A DNA stretch of 58,207 nt, the filler included, from Sphacelaria rigidula (lineage: Eukaryota), in assembly GCA_964200075.2 (NCBI GenBank). It is 6 parts of 6 records of this genome, joined end to end, with 100 filler letters (N's around TTAATTAATTAA, not from the genome) between each part and the next. Parts side by side here need not be neighbours in the genome. Positions count along the whole stretch, not along the records: positions 29,158 to 38,774 come from CAXNAA020008090.1; positions 38,875 to 48,491 come from CAXNAA020008091.1; 4 more parts are not named here. One strand, given 5' to 3'. The notes under the pieces are model-generated. The model was not told the origin of the DNA. It did no database searches and saw only the letters and a list, made by a program, of their open reading frames with translations. Below are positions 34,989 through 47,524 of this stretch, one piece after another. Within the stretch, counting starts at the first letter, position 1; each line of letters opens with the position of its first letter. Made by a program: the position numbers and the translations under genes.

Positions 34989-37882
34989 CGTCGCAATGCA
35001 TTCGGCGCTCAAAAATCAAGTCAGTACATCTCATTTCTACGGCTCAGCGATTCCACCGACGCTCTCACTTGTTCATGAGGATGCTGCACACTCAATAACA
35101 ACGACTCCCGAGTGCTCCATGAGATGAATGTTCATTCTTCCCATCCCTCCCTCCCCGAGAAACAGTAGCTGATACACATTATTGATTATCGGTGCGGTTG
35201 CAAACCTCATACAATCGGCTCGAGTCCCGTATCACAACGTAACCCACACCTAACAACAGCTAAATCAACGCCCACGACACGAAACTTCACCGTAGAGACT
35301 CCGAACACCTTCGAGGAACCCCCAAGATCTCAACCACACAAAACTCCTTGAGCACATCACCATGTATATTCAGCACGTCTCGCACTGTTTTCTATATCAC
35401 GTCTGTGGGGAAACGCTCGTCAGATGACGAACCACATGTAGAGAGGGAGGAGAGAAGAGGTACCCAGTGTGACAGTCGAAAATTATTCCCTCATCCTTGG
35501 CGAAGTGTTTCCTATCCCTTTCGAGGTCGCGAGACCATCACCCGATAATGACCAAGGTTTTCCGGTAAATCCCTGCGTCAATCTTCTCTCCTGACAGCAG
35601 GGAAATGCGTGCCACCTCTCCGTGTTTCTCCTTCTCCCTACATATATCTCTTTATTTCATCATCTCTCGAGTGAGCCACCTTCAAAATACAACTCGGAGG
35701 CAGTGTGAGGCATTTTTGGAAATCATGCGTGCAATCTTATGCACAACCCTACACCACTCCACCCAACTCGATCTCTATAGTTTGAGCCACGAACCCTCTC
35801 TACATCCACACCGCAAATGCAGACAAACGAACCACGACGTGTCCCGTCCTACAAACTTATGAATCTACCGTCTCTACACAACAAGAAATGTGGCGTCCGA
35901 TCAATATTGCTTGGTAGCACTTGAGACATGGCAAAAGAACTTGGTCTACAGGAACTTATCTTCAGCTGTCACAAGATTGTGTTGGCTTACTTGTACAAAA
36001 TACATTGGCTACGATCTAGGGAAACCGACTAAGCCTATCCCTACAGCACACCTCCATATGTCACTGATGTGGCTTTTGATAATATGACTTCCTGATGATG
36101 GGTGTACAACCTTGACGAGTTTATTCTCGAAAATCATGAGTCCTATTCTTGTCCAAAAATTAGCCTTGAAATCGATCCATCCGTCGGTGCCACTTTGAGT
36201 GAGCGACGCACCCATACAAAACATACGTACAGATCCTGCCTGTCGGCTGTGGTGTCAAAACTGCTGGCGAGTTGTCTGATCTGGGCGAAGAAGGCGTTGA
36301 CTGTGTTATCTTGACCGTACTCCTCGTCCTCGCACTGTATATATTCGATCTTTCTTCACGCTTAGTGGAAGCAAGCCTAGCCCACCATAGCTTGGAGTAC
36401 CTGATTTGAAAAGACAGTCGACGTATCATTTAGACGGAAATAAAGCGGAAACGGGGAGGAGGGGAGGAACGCTAAAGGGCACATGAAAATCAGTTCATGT
36501 GATGATGATAGCGATGATAACGATGGCGACGACGGTGAAGACGGTTGATAATGCCCCCCGGTGAAGTAGCGACGGACGTGGACTGTGGAAAGCGGCCGAG
36601 TGCCAAAAACCCTCTAGTGTCGGTTTAATCCCCAGGATTTGTGTTTCTCAGTCTATCGCGGTACTGGATCTGCTTCCGTATTTTCTCACCCTGAGTTCGA
36701 CGTAAAATGTTTCGAGTAGAATATGAAAAGCGTTCATGTTCCTTTTCAACGAGGTTCAACCCTTTCCGGGTTCGGAGTTTGGAACTCTCACACATGATAG
36801 CAATGCCGTGCGAATGCGAGATTGTTCAGAGCGACGGTGGTGAAGAGTGGCTGTGCAGAGACGAAGGTCAAACGCCAGTAGCAGAGGCATCTTAAAGGGT
36901 TTTCCCCTCCTCCTCGTGCTTTTTTTTTGGTAAATTTCGTGTCGCACTCTTCTCGCAATGCGACCCCCCCCCTTCACTCCTGGGGACGACTCCGCAGCGT
37001 TAAGAAAAGCTCAATCCATCTCTTTCCCGGTATATACCGGCTTCGCACGTCGTTATCAGCATTGAACCAGCACTACTGGAGCCCGTCAACTTTCTCCATC
37101 GAACTTCACATTTCATCAATTCCAGTTTTTTTTGCGCTTCTGGAAGACGGCTGCTATGAAACGCAACTCTACCGTTAGTCGCTAGAACATGTCGATATGA
37201 CGCCCGATATTGAGAATTATTCCTCAAACTTGTGTTTAAAAAAGGATTGAGAATAAAATCAGCATTGGTGGGGGGAAAGCAAGAAAATTGAATTATATGC
37301 TCTTCAATGAAGAAGAAATAGTTGGACTAGTGCAACAAGCGATGGCTGAAAATGACCGCATCACCAACACGTACTGAACGTATATCAGCTATATTCTATA
37401 TGCGTGTGTGTCACATCAGAGGTGAAGATGCGAAATAACTCGGAAGGTGCAACATCACCGACGCAGGTTGCCCAAGATGCTTCCGGGCGGTACCGGATCG
37501 TCTGCCTTCTTCCCGGAAAGTTTAATGAATTTTCTCGGTGGGTACCTGAGGATGTTGTGATGGCAAATCTGATTTGTTTGTTATACCACACTCCGACCCC
37601 CTCGGGGGAGGCCTTTTCCTCTCCTTTTTTCTTCATTGTTCTCTATTATCGTTCCGTTTCCTTTTGTTTCATTTGGAGTCTGAGAAGAAATCGCTCAATG
37701 AGCGCTTCCATCTCCTACGTGAGATATGGAAGTACCGGTAAGGGAAAGGCGAACCTATGATTGTGGCCACAGGTTCGAGAAATCGGGCTAATGTGCGGAA
37801 CTAATAGGAAAAGAGAAACAAGAAGACGTAATAAGAAAAATAAGAAAAATAAGAAAAATAAGATTAAGTGTAAGACAATAGT

Positions 37883-37942
<60 letters not shown>

Positions 37943-37948
37943 AATAAT
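37883..37948. repeat. (CAA)n microsatellite
   Basis: Long AAC run followed by a few TAA units. Confidence 0.95.
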
Positions 37949-38339
37949 ACAAACATGATATGAAATAATGATAATATTAGTCACAATCATGGTCATATTT
38001 CCAGAAAAACTTGATCCAACGTACTGGTGACCACTGCAGGAAACTAGTGTTGAATGAAGCCCGGGTCGCGGTTCCGTACTTGGAGCATGACCCGTGATGC
38101 TTTAGTCAAGCACTTGGCTGCTACTCGACTCGGGAGTAGACACGACGAAGAGACTTCACGACGAGGAAAATCACACAGACGTACACACGCATGCACCTCT
38201 CTTCGACCGGCGTGCGCAACCAGACCTCCGTGTATTGACATGCATCCCCCACTTGCCCACGATGAGGCTCCCCGCCTAATGACCAAGGTGCTGTGCGACA
38301 TCTGGAGGATTTCCGCACACCACCCCCACACCCACACAC

Positions 38340-38507
38340 CTTGGCTTTGAGTCCCTCGGGAGCATTGTAGACATCTCCATTCTTCGCGTTTTCGATGACG
38401 GCAGCAAGGCGTGTGCCCTGGTCGATAGCGCGCTTGGCATCTAGCTCCGCCGCTTTCTCTGCTCCTCCGATCAGAAACACCGGCATGCCTCCTTCCAGCA
38501 AAGGAGC
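38340..38507 (-). CDS. fadH: NADPH-dependent 2,4-dienoyl-CoA reductase (FadH type), near-C-terminal exon
   Basis: CAG| APLLEGGMPVFLIGGAEKAAELDAKRAIDQGTRLAAVIENAK... |GTGTGT; IGGA..A.ELDAKRAI.QG.RLAA is the FadH C-terminal signature; 56 codons. Confidence 0.88.
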
Positions 38508-38649
38508 CTGGGTGTCGCAAAATACGGAACAATTGGGTTGCTTTGATATGTTTCCATATTTTGATTTAGTCTTATTTTTGTCGTTTTCAGCGATTACGTG
38601 TGTCCGACCATGTCTTGGATCGGCGTCACGTTCACTTGCAAGATGTGCA

Positions 38650-38712
38650 GTACATTACAGTACAGTACAGTACAGTACAGTACAGTACAGTGCAGTGCAG
38701 TACAGTACAGTG
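38650..38712. repeat. (CAGTA)n pentanucleotide microsatellite
   Basis: Tandem TACAG/TGCAG units. Confidence 0.9.
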
Positions 38713-38774
38713 CAGAGCAGAGCGGAGCGGGACAGTGTAGAGCGGGGTGGGAGACAGAAGATAAAAAAAAAAAA

Positions 38775-38874
38775 NNNNNNNNNNNNNNNNNNNNNNNNNN
38801 NNNNNNNNNNNNNNNNNNTTAATTAATTAANNNNNNNNNNNNNNNNNNNNNNNNNNNNNNNNNNNNNNNNNNNN
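38775..38874. other. Artificial contig spacer
   Basis: Same N44-TTAATTAATTAA-N44 structure. Confidence 0.97.
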
Positions 38875-38969
38875 TGGGGGCATATAGATGTTCCCTACGA
38901 AGAAGTCCTTTGTTCCCCGCTCTCCTGTTACCCTCATCCACATGCTCTCGTCGAATTTCGTGTCATCGA
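38875..38969 (-). mobile_element. Inverted LINE APE-endonuclease fragment
   Basis: Minus strand encodes IDDTKFDESMWMRVTGERGTKDFFVGNIYMP; homologous to the forward copy at ~41685-41780. Confidence 0.8.
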
Positions 38970-39980
38970 TGGTGAAAAAGTTAGAAACAGTACAGATGGC
39001 AGCAGCTAAGAAGATACTTGGATGCTCGAATACGACGAGTAATACAGTTTTGAGAGCAGAGTTGGGAATGTACTCACTTAAAACTGAGACATGAGGACAT
39101 TGAGGTGGCAATATAGCGCAAGGAACATGCAGAGAAAGAGACTGCCAGCTATAGTTGATAAGGCTGTATGGAAGAAAGGTACGAAAGGGCGTGCTACAAG
39201 GTGGGATAGAGAAGTGGAGAAAGTATGAAGGAGATAGGAGGAAACCAAGACGAAATACCGTCCATAGATGAAGACGCGGGGTACAAGACAAAAGTAAGAG
39301 ACATGATAAAAATAAGGGGGAAAGGAGTGCTCACACGCAAAGTAGACGAGGAAGAACACCTGAAGATATACGGGGGGTGGAGAGAGGGGATGGGGATGAA
39401 ATCATACCTGCATGGCCTCATGGACGCGGCGAAATAAATGATACTGCGATTTCGGATTGGGGGCCTGAAAGTGCCAGAAAGAAGAAAGAGATATGCCAGT
39501 AGTCGTGTGGAGGAGGAAGTAGATGCACAGAACTGCCTCTGTGGCAAAGCAATGGAGAGCAGAAGTCATATGGTTGCAGAATATGTACTGTACAAGAAGG
39601 GACGGGCTGTGCTAGAGGGGGAAATGCAGGACGTGAACGATGGTGGCATGAAATTGTTCGATGCATTAGACCGTGGGGAGAAAACGATGGCTATACTGGG
39701 AGATAGATGGTGACCACAGACGGCGAAACAGGACGGGGATGAGATATGTAAGAGGTTTTTGTGTAATGTGTAGACGAACTGTAGTGAGCGCTGGAATGTT
39801 GAAGGTGTTTTTTTCGGGAGTAGGAACGGTGCTCCGTCTCGAAAGGGATGCATGGTGAATAAACAAACGATTAAGGGAAGCAACAAATGAGCACGCCACA
39901 ACCAACAAAAACCAAAAAAAAAAAAAAAAAAAAAAACAAAAAAAACAAACAAAAAAAAAAAAAAAAAACCAAAAAGGAAC
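38970..39980 (+). mobile_element. LINE 3' part with A-rich tail
   Basis: VKKLETVQMAAAKKILGCSNTTSNTVLRAELGMYSL through the family 3' end, then an A-rich run at ~39900-39980. Confidence 0.85.
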
Positions 39981-42170
39981 NNNNNGTGTTTTCTTCTCGG
40001 AAGAGGTGAGTGGGGGAAAAAAAAAAGATTAAGGGGAAAAAAAAAATTGGGTCCCCCCCCCCCCCCCCCCCGCCCCTACGCAGAAGGTTGGTCATCTTGC
40101 ATGCAACTCGGAAATGCAGATAACACACAACAAGTACAGATAGGATGGGATAATCCCGAAATGTTAAATTCACATGAAGGGTGGGTATCGTGGCGAGATA
40201 CCTGGAAAAGTGTAAGTAGTTTCTATTGGGCGGTGGACATCTGGTCAGACATTTCCCGAAAGTCCCAACATTGGGTGCACAGGCGTCGGATGAAGGGATG
40301 GGCTGGACATAAACGTCAAGAACGAGTGCATTCATAAAACAAACACATCATCAATGACCGACCACATGAACTACGAGAAGAAGCATCAAGAGGTACGTAG
40401 GTTTATTGGGATCTTGAAGGATACAAGCTGGTACAAAGTGGGGGGGGGGAACGTTGGCCAAGCTTTGGGCAGCGAAGGCCTACTCGGAAGCACTAGTGGA
40501 GTGGCGACCTATGGTGAACCGTAAACGGAGAGGGAAGAAGTGATGATGTACGGAACATCCAGATGTGTGAGCAAGACCTTGTGTAATTCAAACCGTCCTT
40601 GAACCTTACACGGGGAAAATGACCTCCTCCCTGGAGGAAAGTAACCAGTACAGCAGTGGGGCAGGAAGATCGAACATACTACCGTGGAACACCTGGATGG
40701 TTTACCATGAAGGTCACCTGGCACAAACGGTGTACTTGTGTCATGGGTGTTGAACTTGACTTCAGACCACGGGCCCGTCTTGGAGGCATTATTTAGTATC
40801 GGTGAGTCAGCAAAAAAACTGAAGAAAACCAGACCCCCAACGAGTACTAGGATTTGGATATTCCAGTACCTTGACTACATTCCACCACAAAACTTGAAAG
40901 AGAACAAGCTAGAGATGGTCTCGAAAGAGATCGAGAGAGAGAGAGACGGTAAGGAAGGGTGAATGGAGAAATGAAAAGTGGACAGGCAAAGCACTAGTAG
41001 CACTGGTATTCGGCCTCCGTGACGATATGACGAGAATAGAGTTTACACGGAAATGCAATGGAGTTGGACTACACTGTTCGGTAAGAGGAAAACTAAAACG
41101 GGAGGGAGAACACTTCCGTGTCACGCAAAAACAGAGCGCGAGCAACGAGTGGGAAAGAACAGAGATGAGTAAGGTGTCGACTTGGGTTAGAGGGGTAGGA
41201 TGGAGACTATGCGTAGCCAATGGAACAGCGAACGCAGGACGAAGTCCGCGCGTAAAAGGAGGGAAGGAGAGACGAGCAAGTAAGTGCCCGGAAGGGAAAG
41301 GGGCGGGGAAATAGCGGTCCAAAGCACACAGACAAATACCATAGCCGGAAACGGGAAATATAAGCAGAAACGATGAAGAGAGAACAGCAGACAAATGGAC
41401 AGGGGGAAAAATTCGGAAAAGAAGCTGAGAATAGGATCGTGAAATGTGCGTGGATTCGCCACAGGAGAGCGCAAAAGAATAGGGAGAGCCCAGCAAGTAA
41501 GTAACCGCGACCTAGATGTAGTGGGAATCCAAGAGTTACGTGGAGAAAGAGGGAATGAAAACAGAATGCAACGTTGGAGAGTGCGCATGGACAGGGAAAA
41601 AGCGGAAGGGACAGAACCCAAGAACAGGGGAGCGGGGGGGGTAGGATTCTTAGTCAAGGAGTACATGTGTGACATTTTAGAAGTCATCAACGACAAAAAA
41701 TTGACGGGAGAACGTGGATAAGGGTACGAGGAGAGCGGGGAACAAAATACTCCTTTGTAGGGAGCATCAATATGCCCCAAAAATCGAAGAGTACAGTAAA
41801 TGTCATTCAGAGGAGGTTTGGAGAGAAAATAGCAGATGTACGGAAGCGCAAAAGGCGAGGAGAAGTAACTTTGGTGGGAAGTTTTTACGCAAGCGTTGGA
41901 AAAGCAAGCCAATCGGATGATGATATCACTGGGCAATACGGGGCAGAGAAGAAGACGAATGAGGTGGAAATGCTGAAGTTCTTTGAAATAAGGAGATGAA
42001 AACGCTGAACGATAGACCACAAAAACCAAAGACGCAATATATATGGACAAGACAATGCAAACGGAAAAAAGACAGAAAGTTTCATTTTTGACTATATGCA
42101 TGGGAATAGACCTGAAATGGAACTGCATGTACGCACAGAGGGCGTGGGAAATACCGATCATTGCTTAATA

Positions 42171-42376
42171 GAGATATCTCAAACTCGGCTCCCGGTATCC
42201 TGGTTCATTCGCTGGCTCTGAGGTGTGTACTATTTTTTCAAGCGAAAGTGATCGCGATTCATAGGAGGATCTGACCTGGCGGTGCAAGGGTCTCATCATC
42301 TTATGAATCGCTATCACTTTCACTTGCAAAAATAGAACATAAATCAGGATACCGGGAGCCGAGTTTGAGATACCTC
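42171..42376. mobile_element. 206-bp MITE with 32-bp TIRs inserted at the end of the LINE APE domain
   Basis: GAGATATCTCAAACTCGGCTCCCGGTATCCTG ... CAGGATACCGGGAGCCGAGTTTGAGATACCTC (one mismatch); TAATA on both flanks. Confidence 0.9.
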
Positions 42377-44890
42377 TAATATAGACAGACAGCCAACAGA
42401 CGAGGGCCATAAGAAACCGCCGGGGTAGCGTGTAGTACAAATGAAGATTAGATAAACTAAAATATACAAGAAAAACAGCAAGAGTTCCAAGAAGGCATCA
42501 CCGGAAGTACAGTGAAGTTTCCGAGCTTGGTGGAATACGCCGGCACAGTCGCTATCGAAATGGAAAGGGATCGGGCAAAAGCAAAGATTATAGAAGGATG
42601 GTAGCAATTGGTGAAGACCAGAGAGAATGAAGTAATAGGGAATAGGCTGATCGTATGCAACAGAGCGGTAAAATGGTTCGATGAGGAAACATGAGCGCTT
42701 GGAAGAGTAAGGAGAAAGGCACACGCAAGATACATATCGAGAAAAACTACGGTAGGATGGGAGGAGTATGCTAAAGCTCGAATTGAGGTGACGATTTCGA
42801 TGGCTGGATGGAACAAATGTGGGTGGGGATAAATGGCATAGTGGATAAACAGGCAGGAAAGATAGACAAGGGGATAGCCACACTACAAGCACAGGACGGT
42901 AAAATTATTAGAAGTCCGAAGGGGAAGAGAGAAATACGAGTAGAGCACTGACGTAAACTAGAAACACGAGAAACTGACAAGACGTTCGACACAGAATTCG
43001 AAAAAGGACTCAAGGCGAGGGCAGAGGCAGATGTAGGGGCGTCAAAACGGGAGGACAGTTGGCTCCAAAGAATTGCACACAGTTTACGAAAAATGAAGTA
43101 GTGCAGTGTGTAGCTAAGCTCAAGAACAGAAGGGCAGCAGGGGCAGGCGGTATGAATGAATGAGTTATCGCTGTATAGCTGTGAATGTAAAAATGAGTAC
43201 ACACCCAGAAGGTGGAGAGAAGGGGTAAAAGAAAACTCTCCACGATTACGACGAATCAGAGTTCATACGAGTTGACTCCCCATGAAATGACAGGATTCTA
43301 CCTGTATAAATTGTTGGTCCCGCTGAGTCGAGGGTGGATAACACATATGCAGTGCAGGCATCTTACGCGCATTACAGATGGGAGAAAAGTACGCGGGGTT
43401 CAGGGCCCATGAAATGACAGGATTCAACCTCACGATATTGTTCGTCCCGCATTAACCCGGAGGTGGGGAAAAGATACGGGCGCTCACCTCGAACGACTCG
43501 GTCAAGCAAGTGGTACATGCCGTTCCCGCCTCATGATGGTAAGAAGTTTGTGGCATGTACAATCGATTCCTTCAAACTGCAGTACAGGGGATGAATACGT
43601 GCCCGTGACATACCCCATATATACGGAAAGTAAGAAACAGATACCTTTGACATGTACTGCATGCATGGCTCATGAGCTGAAAAGGTGGATAAATTACAAA
43701 TGGTGTGCGAATCATATGCGTTATTCGTTGGAATGATGAATATGAGTTGAAACACGATTTGATTCGTCCCAACCGCGAAATATTTTGAAGAAATGAGACA
43801 ACGCTGATCCAGGGAATGATACAAGCAGGTATAGGACCGTATGGAAAACACTCTGTAAGATTCCAAGTGTTAGAGTGGGGACGATGCTAGAATAAGGAGA
43901 GAAAATCAGCGAGGGACAAGCAGGTTTTAGACCAAACCGTAGTTGCGTAGACCATGTGTACACGTTAGGTAAGATTATTCAAGATAGAAAAGACGTCAGG
44001 ATGACAACGTACTGTTTCTTCCTAGACGTGCAAACGGCCAATGGCACACACAGTACGGAGAAATGGGTTGTGGAAAACGTTGTGGGAACCTGAAATCAGC
44101 GAAGAGATGTAGAGAATGGTGAAGAAGATGACAGAATGGGGGCCCAGATTCGGGGGAGATGCGGGAGTGTCCCGATCAGAGCAGAAAGGTGATAAACCAA
44201 AAGTCAGCGTCCAGAAAATCGAAGAATTGATCTGGTTTCCTCAGAGCTAGGCGGAAAACATTGCCCAACGGACTGGGGTCCGAAAAATCAATCCCCGGGA
44301 GAAGTTCGCATGTACACCGGCTGAAATCCTCACAGTTGTACAAATACGGATTGGTTGCCGTTCAAGACGGTGTAAGGCACAGATAGGCAGGATGGGCGTG
44401 ATCTCACGAATTTCGCACCTCGATACTGGAACGAAGAAATGTATTCTGATTCATCTGACTGTACCAAAGCTGGAATATGCAGGAGAAGTATGGGAGAGGA
44501 ACGCGAACTTGGTGAAGAAGCTGGAAACAGCACAGATGATTGCAGCTAAAGAAGTATTTGGATGCTCAACAACGACGAGTAGTACGGCATTGAGAGCAGA
44601 GTTGGGAATGTACCCACTCGGGAACAAAGACATGAGAAAATTTGGATGGTGATATAGCGTAAGGAGCATGACAAGTAAAATATTGTCAGCCACTGTTTTG
44701 ATAGGGCCGTATGGAAGAACGTGACGAATGGGCACGCTGGAGTAAGGTGGGATGGCGTAGTCGAGAAATTATGGAAGGAGACAGGAAGAAACTAAGACGA
44801 GATAATAATGTCCATAGGTGAATGTAGCAGGTACAAGACAAAATTAAGCAACACGTTAAGAATAACAGGAAAAGAAGCGCTGAGATGGAA

Positions 44891-45147
44891 GAGTGATGCT
44901 ACGGTAGGGGTGCACAAATATTTTCTGAGGTTAGAATTGTTAGGATCCCTTTATCTCATGCAAAATGCGAGGTATGAAAAAATGTGAAAGTACGCCAGGA
45001 GTACTACTCCAATGTGCTAGGGATACCCCGAATGAATTTGCAAACGGGGATGTCCTGACCCATATTTTTATGCATCTTGAATCGTTAGGACCCCCTGAAC
45101 TAGACATAATTTCGCGAAAAAAGTGCACCCCTACCGTAGCATTGCTC
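44891..45147. mobile_element. MITE (family of 2488-2744) with 4-bp TSD GGAA, inserted in the LINE
   Basis: GGAA|GAGTGATGCTACGGTAGGGGTGCAC ... GTGCACCCCTACCGTAGCATTGCTC|GGAA; the LINE copy at ~19660-19690 shows the empty site. Confidence 0.92.
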
Positions 45148-45859
45148 GGAACGTAGACGAGGAAGAGCACCTGAAGATATATATGGGGGTTTAAGAGAGG
45201 AGATAGGGACGAAAATATATCTGCATGGCCCAAAAGACTCCGCGAAAAAAGTGGAATTACGATTCCGGATGGAAGACCTGGATCTGCCAGAAAGAAGGAC
45301 GAGGTATACCAGAAGTCGAATCGAGGAGGAAGTACTGTAGATGCACAGAGCTGCCTCTGCGGCAAAGCAATAGAGGGTAGAAGAAGTCGTACAGTGGCAG
45401 AATGTTGTGAACTAGACAAGGAGAAACGGGAAGTGTTGTAGAGTGAAATGCAGGAGTAAAATGGAGGTGGCATGGGATCGTTTGATACATTGGACAACGA
45501 CGAGAAAACCATCGCTATACCAGGAGATAGGCAGTGGCCAAAGACGGCGAGTCATGAAGTGGATGAGATATGTAAAGCGTTTCTGCGTAATGTATGGAAG
45601 AAAGGTAATGAGCGCTGGAATGTTGTAGGTGTCTCTACTAGGAGAGTAGGAACGGTGCTCCGTCTTGCAAGGGATGCGTGGTCAACGGTCAAACGACTCA
45701 AGGCAAGCAATGAATGAGAGCCTGCCCCCCCGCCCCCCAGCCCTGGATGAGATGACAGAACGTCCACCGCTTCATGTGGAAGGTAAGAACGAACTGTGCG
45801 AGGGACCAAAGTCTGACCTTTGTTCAACATGCTCACACTTCGTACGTGGGTAATACATA

Positions 45860-46090
45860 CCCATGTCCCCGTCAGTTGAGACGAGCATTTCCATTTCGTT
45901 GGAAGAAAGTCTCGTCCCAACTGACGGGAATCATCGTGACAAAGATCGAGAACTGTCCTCTGAGGACGAGACGGGACGGGAACGGTTTCTCATTGAATCC
46001 GGACGGGACGGACACGTGTTCCCGTCGGCCAAAACGCAAAGAGACAGGACGGAAATTTCCATCCCGTCCCGTCGCGTGCGAATTCGGGTG
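45860..46090. repeat. Repeat rich in GACGGGA/TCCCGTC motifs in both orientations (MITE-like relic)
   Basis: Several ACGGGA motifs opposed by TCCCGT motifs; termini not resolved. Confidence 0.45.
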
Positions 46091-46884
46091 ATATTTTTTT
46101 CACGTTACAAGGCCCGGTGTATATTATATTATTGCCCATGAGAAGGAAAAGACTATTTAGCAAATGTGCTGCGTTTATACTGCTGTGATAGTGTCTCGCG
46201 CGTCTAGTCGTGCATGCCGCGCAGGTTACCGAGAGCGTGTGCTTGTTTGCAGGTACAAGTTTCGCTATTAGAGAAGCGCCGCAACGAGTCGAGCGCGGAA
46301 ACTGAGCAAACTACCCCCATCCCGGCAAACATATCCGAAAAGAACAGAGAAACAAAAACGAAATACGCAGGAAGAAGGAACAAAATAGAGCTACCGACGA
46401 AACACGCGGCACACGAAACATGGACAAACGGATGAAAAAATGAGGGCATACCTTGAGGATAGACAGCAACCAAAGGGGCACAACACCACACGAAACCAAA
46501 TGCAAACATAAAACATACAGTGAAGCAAAACGAAACAGAAATGCGAACTGTCACTCCCAACACATTACAAGCACATCACCTCGTTCGGAGTCGTAGCATT
46601 ATAGTCGTCCTCCGGCATGACAAATCCGCCGACAGCCATTATATCTGCAGCTGACACACTCGCACACGAATAGCTCCAGTAGTCACAGCCATAGCCTGTT
46701 CCGTTTTCCTCCGCATGTATGCACACTGTCACCGTAGGGTACGAGTATCTGCCGTCCTGTTATGTTCGATTCGCCACCGGTACCAAGAAAAACACTTTTC
46801 ATACTCGAAGGGCGGGTTTTGTGAGGGGAGAGGGGGGTGATAAACAACACACGGTATGGGCCATATGTGAAACCGTTCGAGCGT

Positions 46885-46962
46885 GGCCTAGCGTCTTCGA
46901 ACCCAGCTTGTTAACGACCTCAGGACAGCTTGCGACTAATCTTATGACCACCCTGCGCCAGT
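46885..46962 (-). mobile_element. Degenerate tRNA-like (SINE) head
   Basis: Minus strand has A-box-like TGGCGCAGGGTGG and B-box-like GGTTCGAAG about 45 bp apart; no intact cloverleaf. Confidence 0.35.
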
Positions 46963-47524
46963 TTCAACCACTCTGCACCAGGTATGGGCGGATAGGGGGG
47001 TGGTATTGTACATGAAAGCACATGACCTGCGCTGTATAAAAAGCCATGTTAGGGTCCTTCACCGTTCATCTTCGCTGGAAAGTTTGGAACCAAGCTGACG
47101 CGCTGGTCTAATTTGGACAGCCTACGGATCGAAACACGTTGGAGACTATTCTTCGTACCAAGGGTACAAAAATATGTACTTCCTCTGTACCATAAGTACA
47201 GTCCGTTATGGGGGATAGGTCATACCTCGCCAACGGAGGTACTCACGATGTTATAGTGAGGTTCATTGAAAATGTACAGTTGTGGAGATGACAACTAACT
47301 GGAGAAAGAAGAAACACAAAATAATTGACCTACAACCTCAGAATCTTTGGATCAAACATGGCCAAATTTCGACCAAATATCGCGAATCTGTACATTGTCG
47401 GCCGAATTTCGATGAATTTGGCGTGTTTTAGAGTATTTGAAGGCTGCAATGTAAACCAGTGGTTTCGGACTAGGCGTGGCTATCGTATGCCAGTGATGAA
47501 CCGGAGAAAAAAAACAATCATACT

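Larger units (their letters stand above)
41430..45716 (+). mobile_element. Decayed APE-type non-LTR retrotransposon (LINE) with nested insertions; central RT missing
   Basis: APE motifs LDVVGIQE, RGAGGVGFLVKE and TDHCLI; RT start at ~43785-44135 (ISEGQAGFRPNRSCVDHVYTL...YCFFLDV...RNGLW); post-RT PKLEYAGEVW...LRAELG; many stops and frameshifts. Confidence 0.88.

Noticed and set aside
35950..36430. Relic of a restriction-like endonuclease domain from a non-LTR element
   Set aside because: Only a vague motif resemblance with many stops; not supportable without a profile search
6256..38507. Lectin, EF-hand, USP, hydrolase and FadH as a carbohydrate/lipid gene cluster
   Set aside because: They lie on four different contigs; only the hydrolase and FadH share one, and nothing suggests a functional link
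41187..42161. Long hydrophobic minus-strand ORFs (also 19476-20255, 40909-41496, 42344-42892) as membrane proteins
   Set aside because: They are antisense shadows of purine-rich LINE sequence
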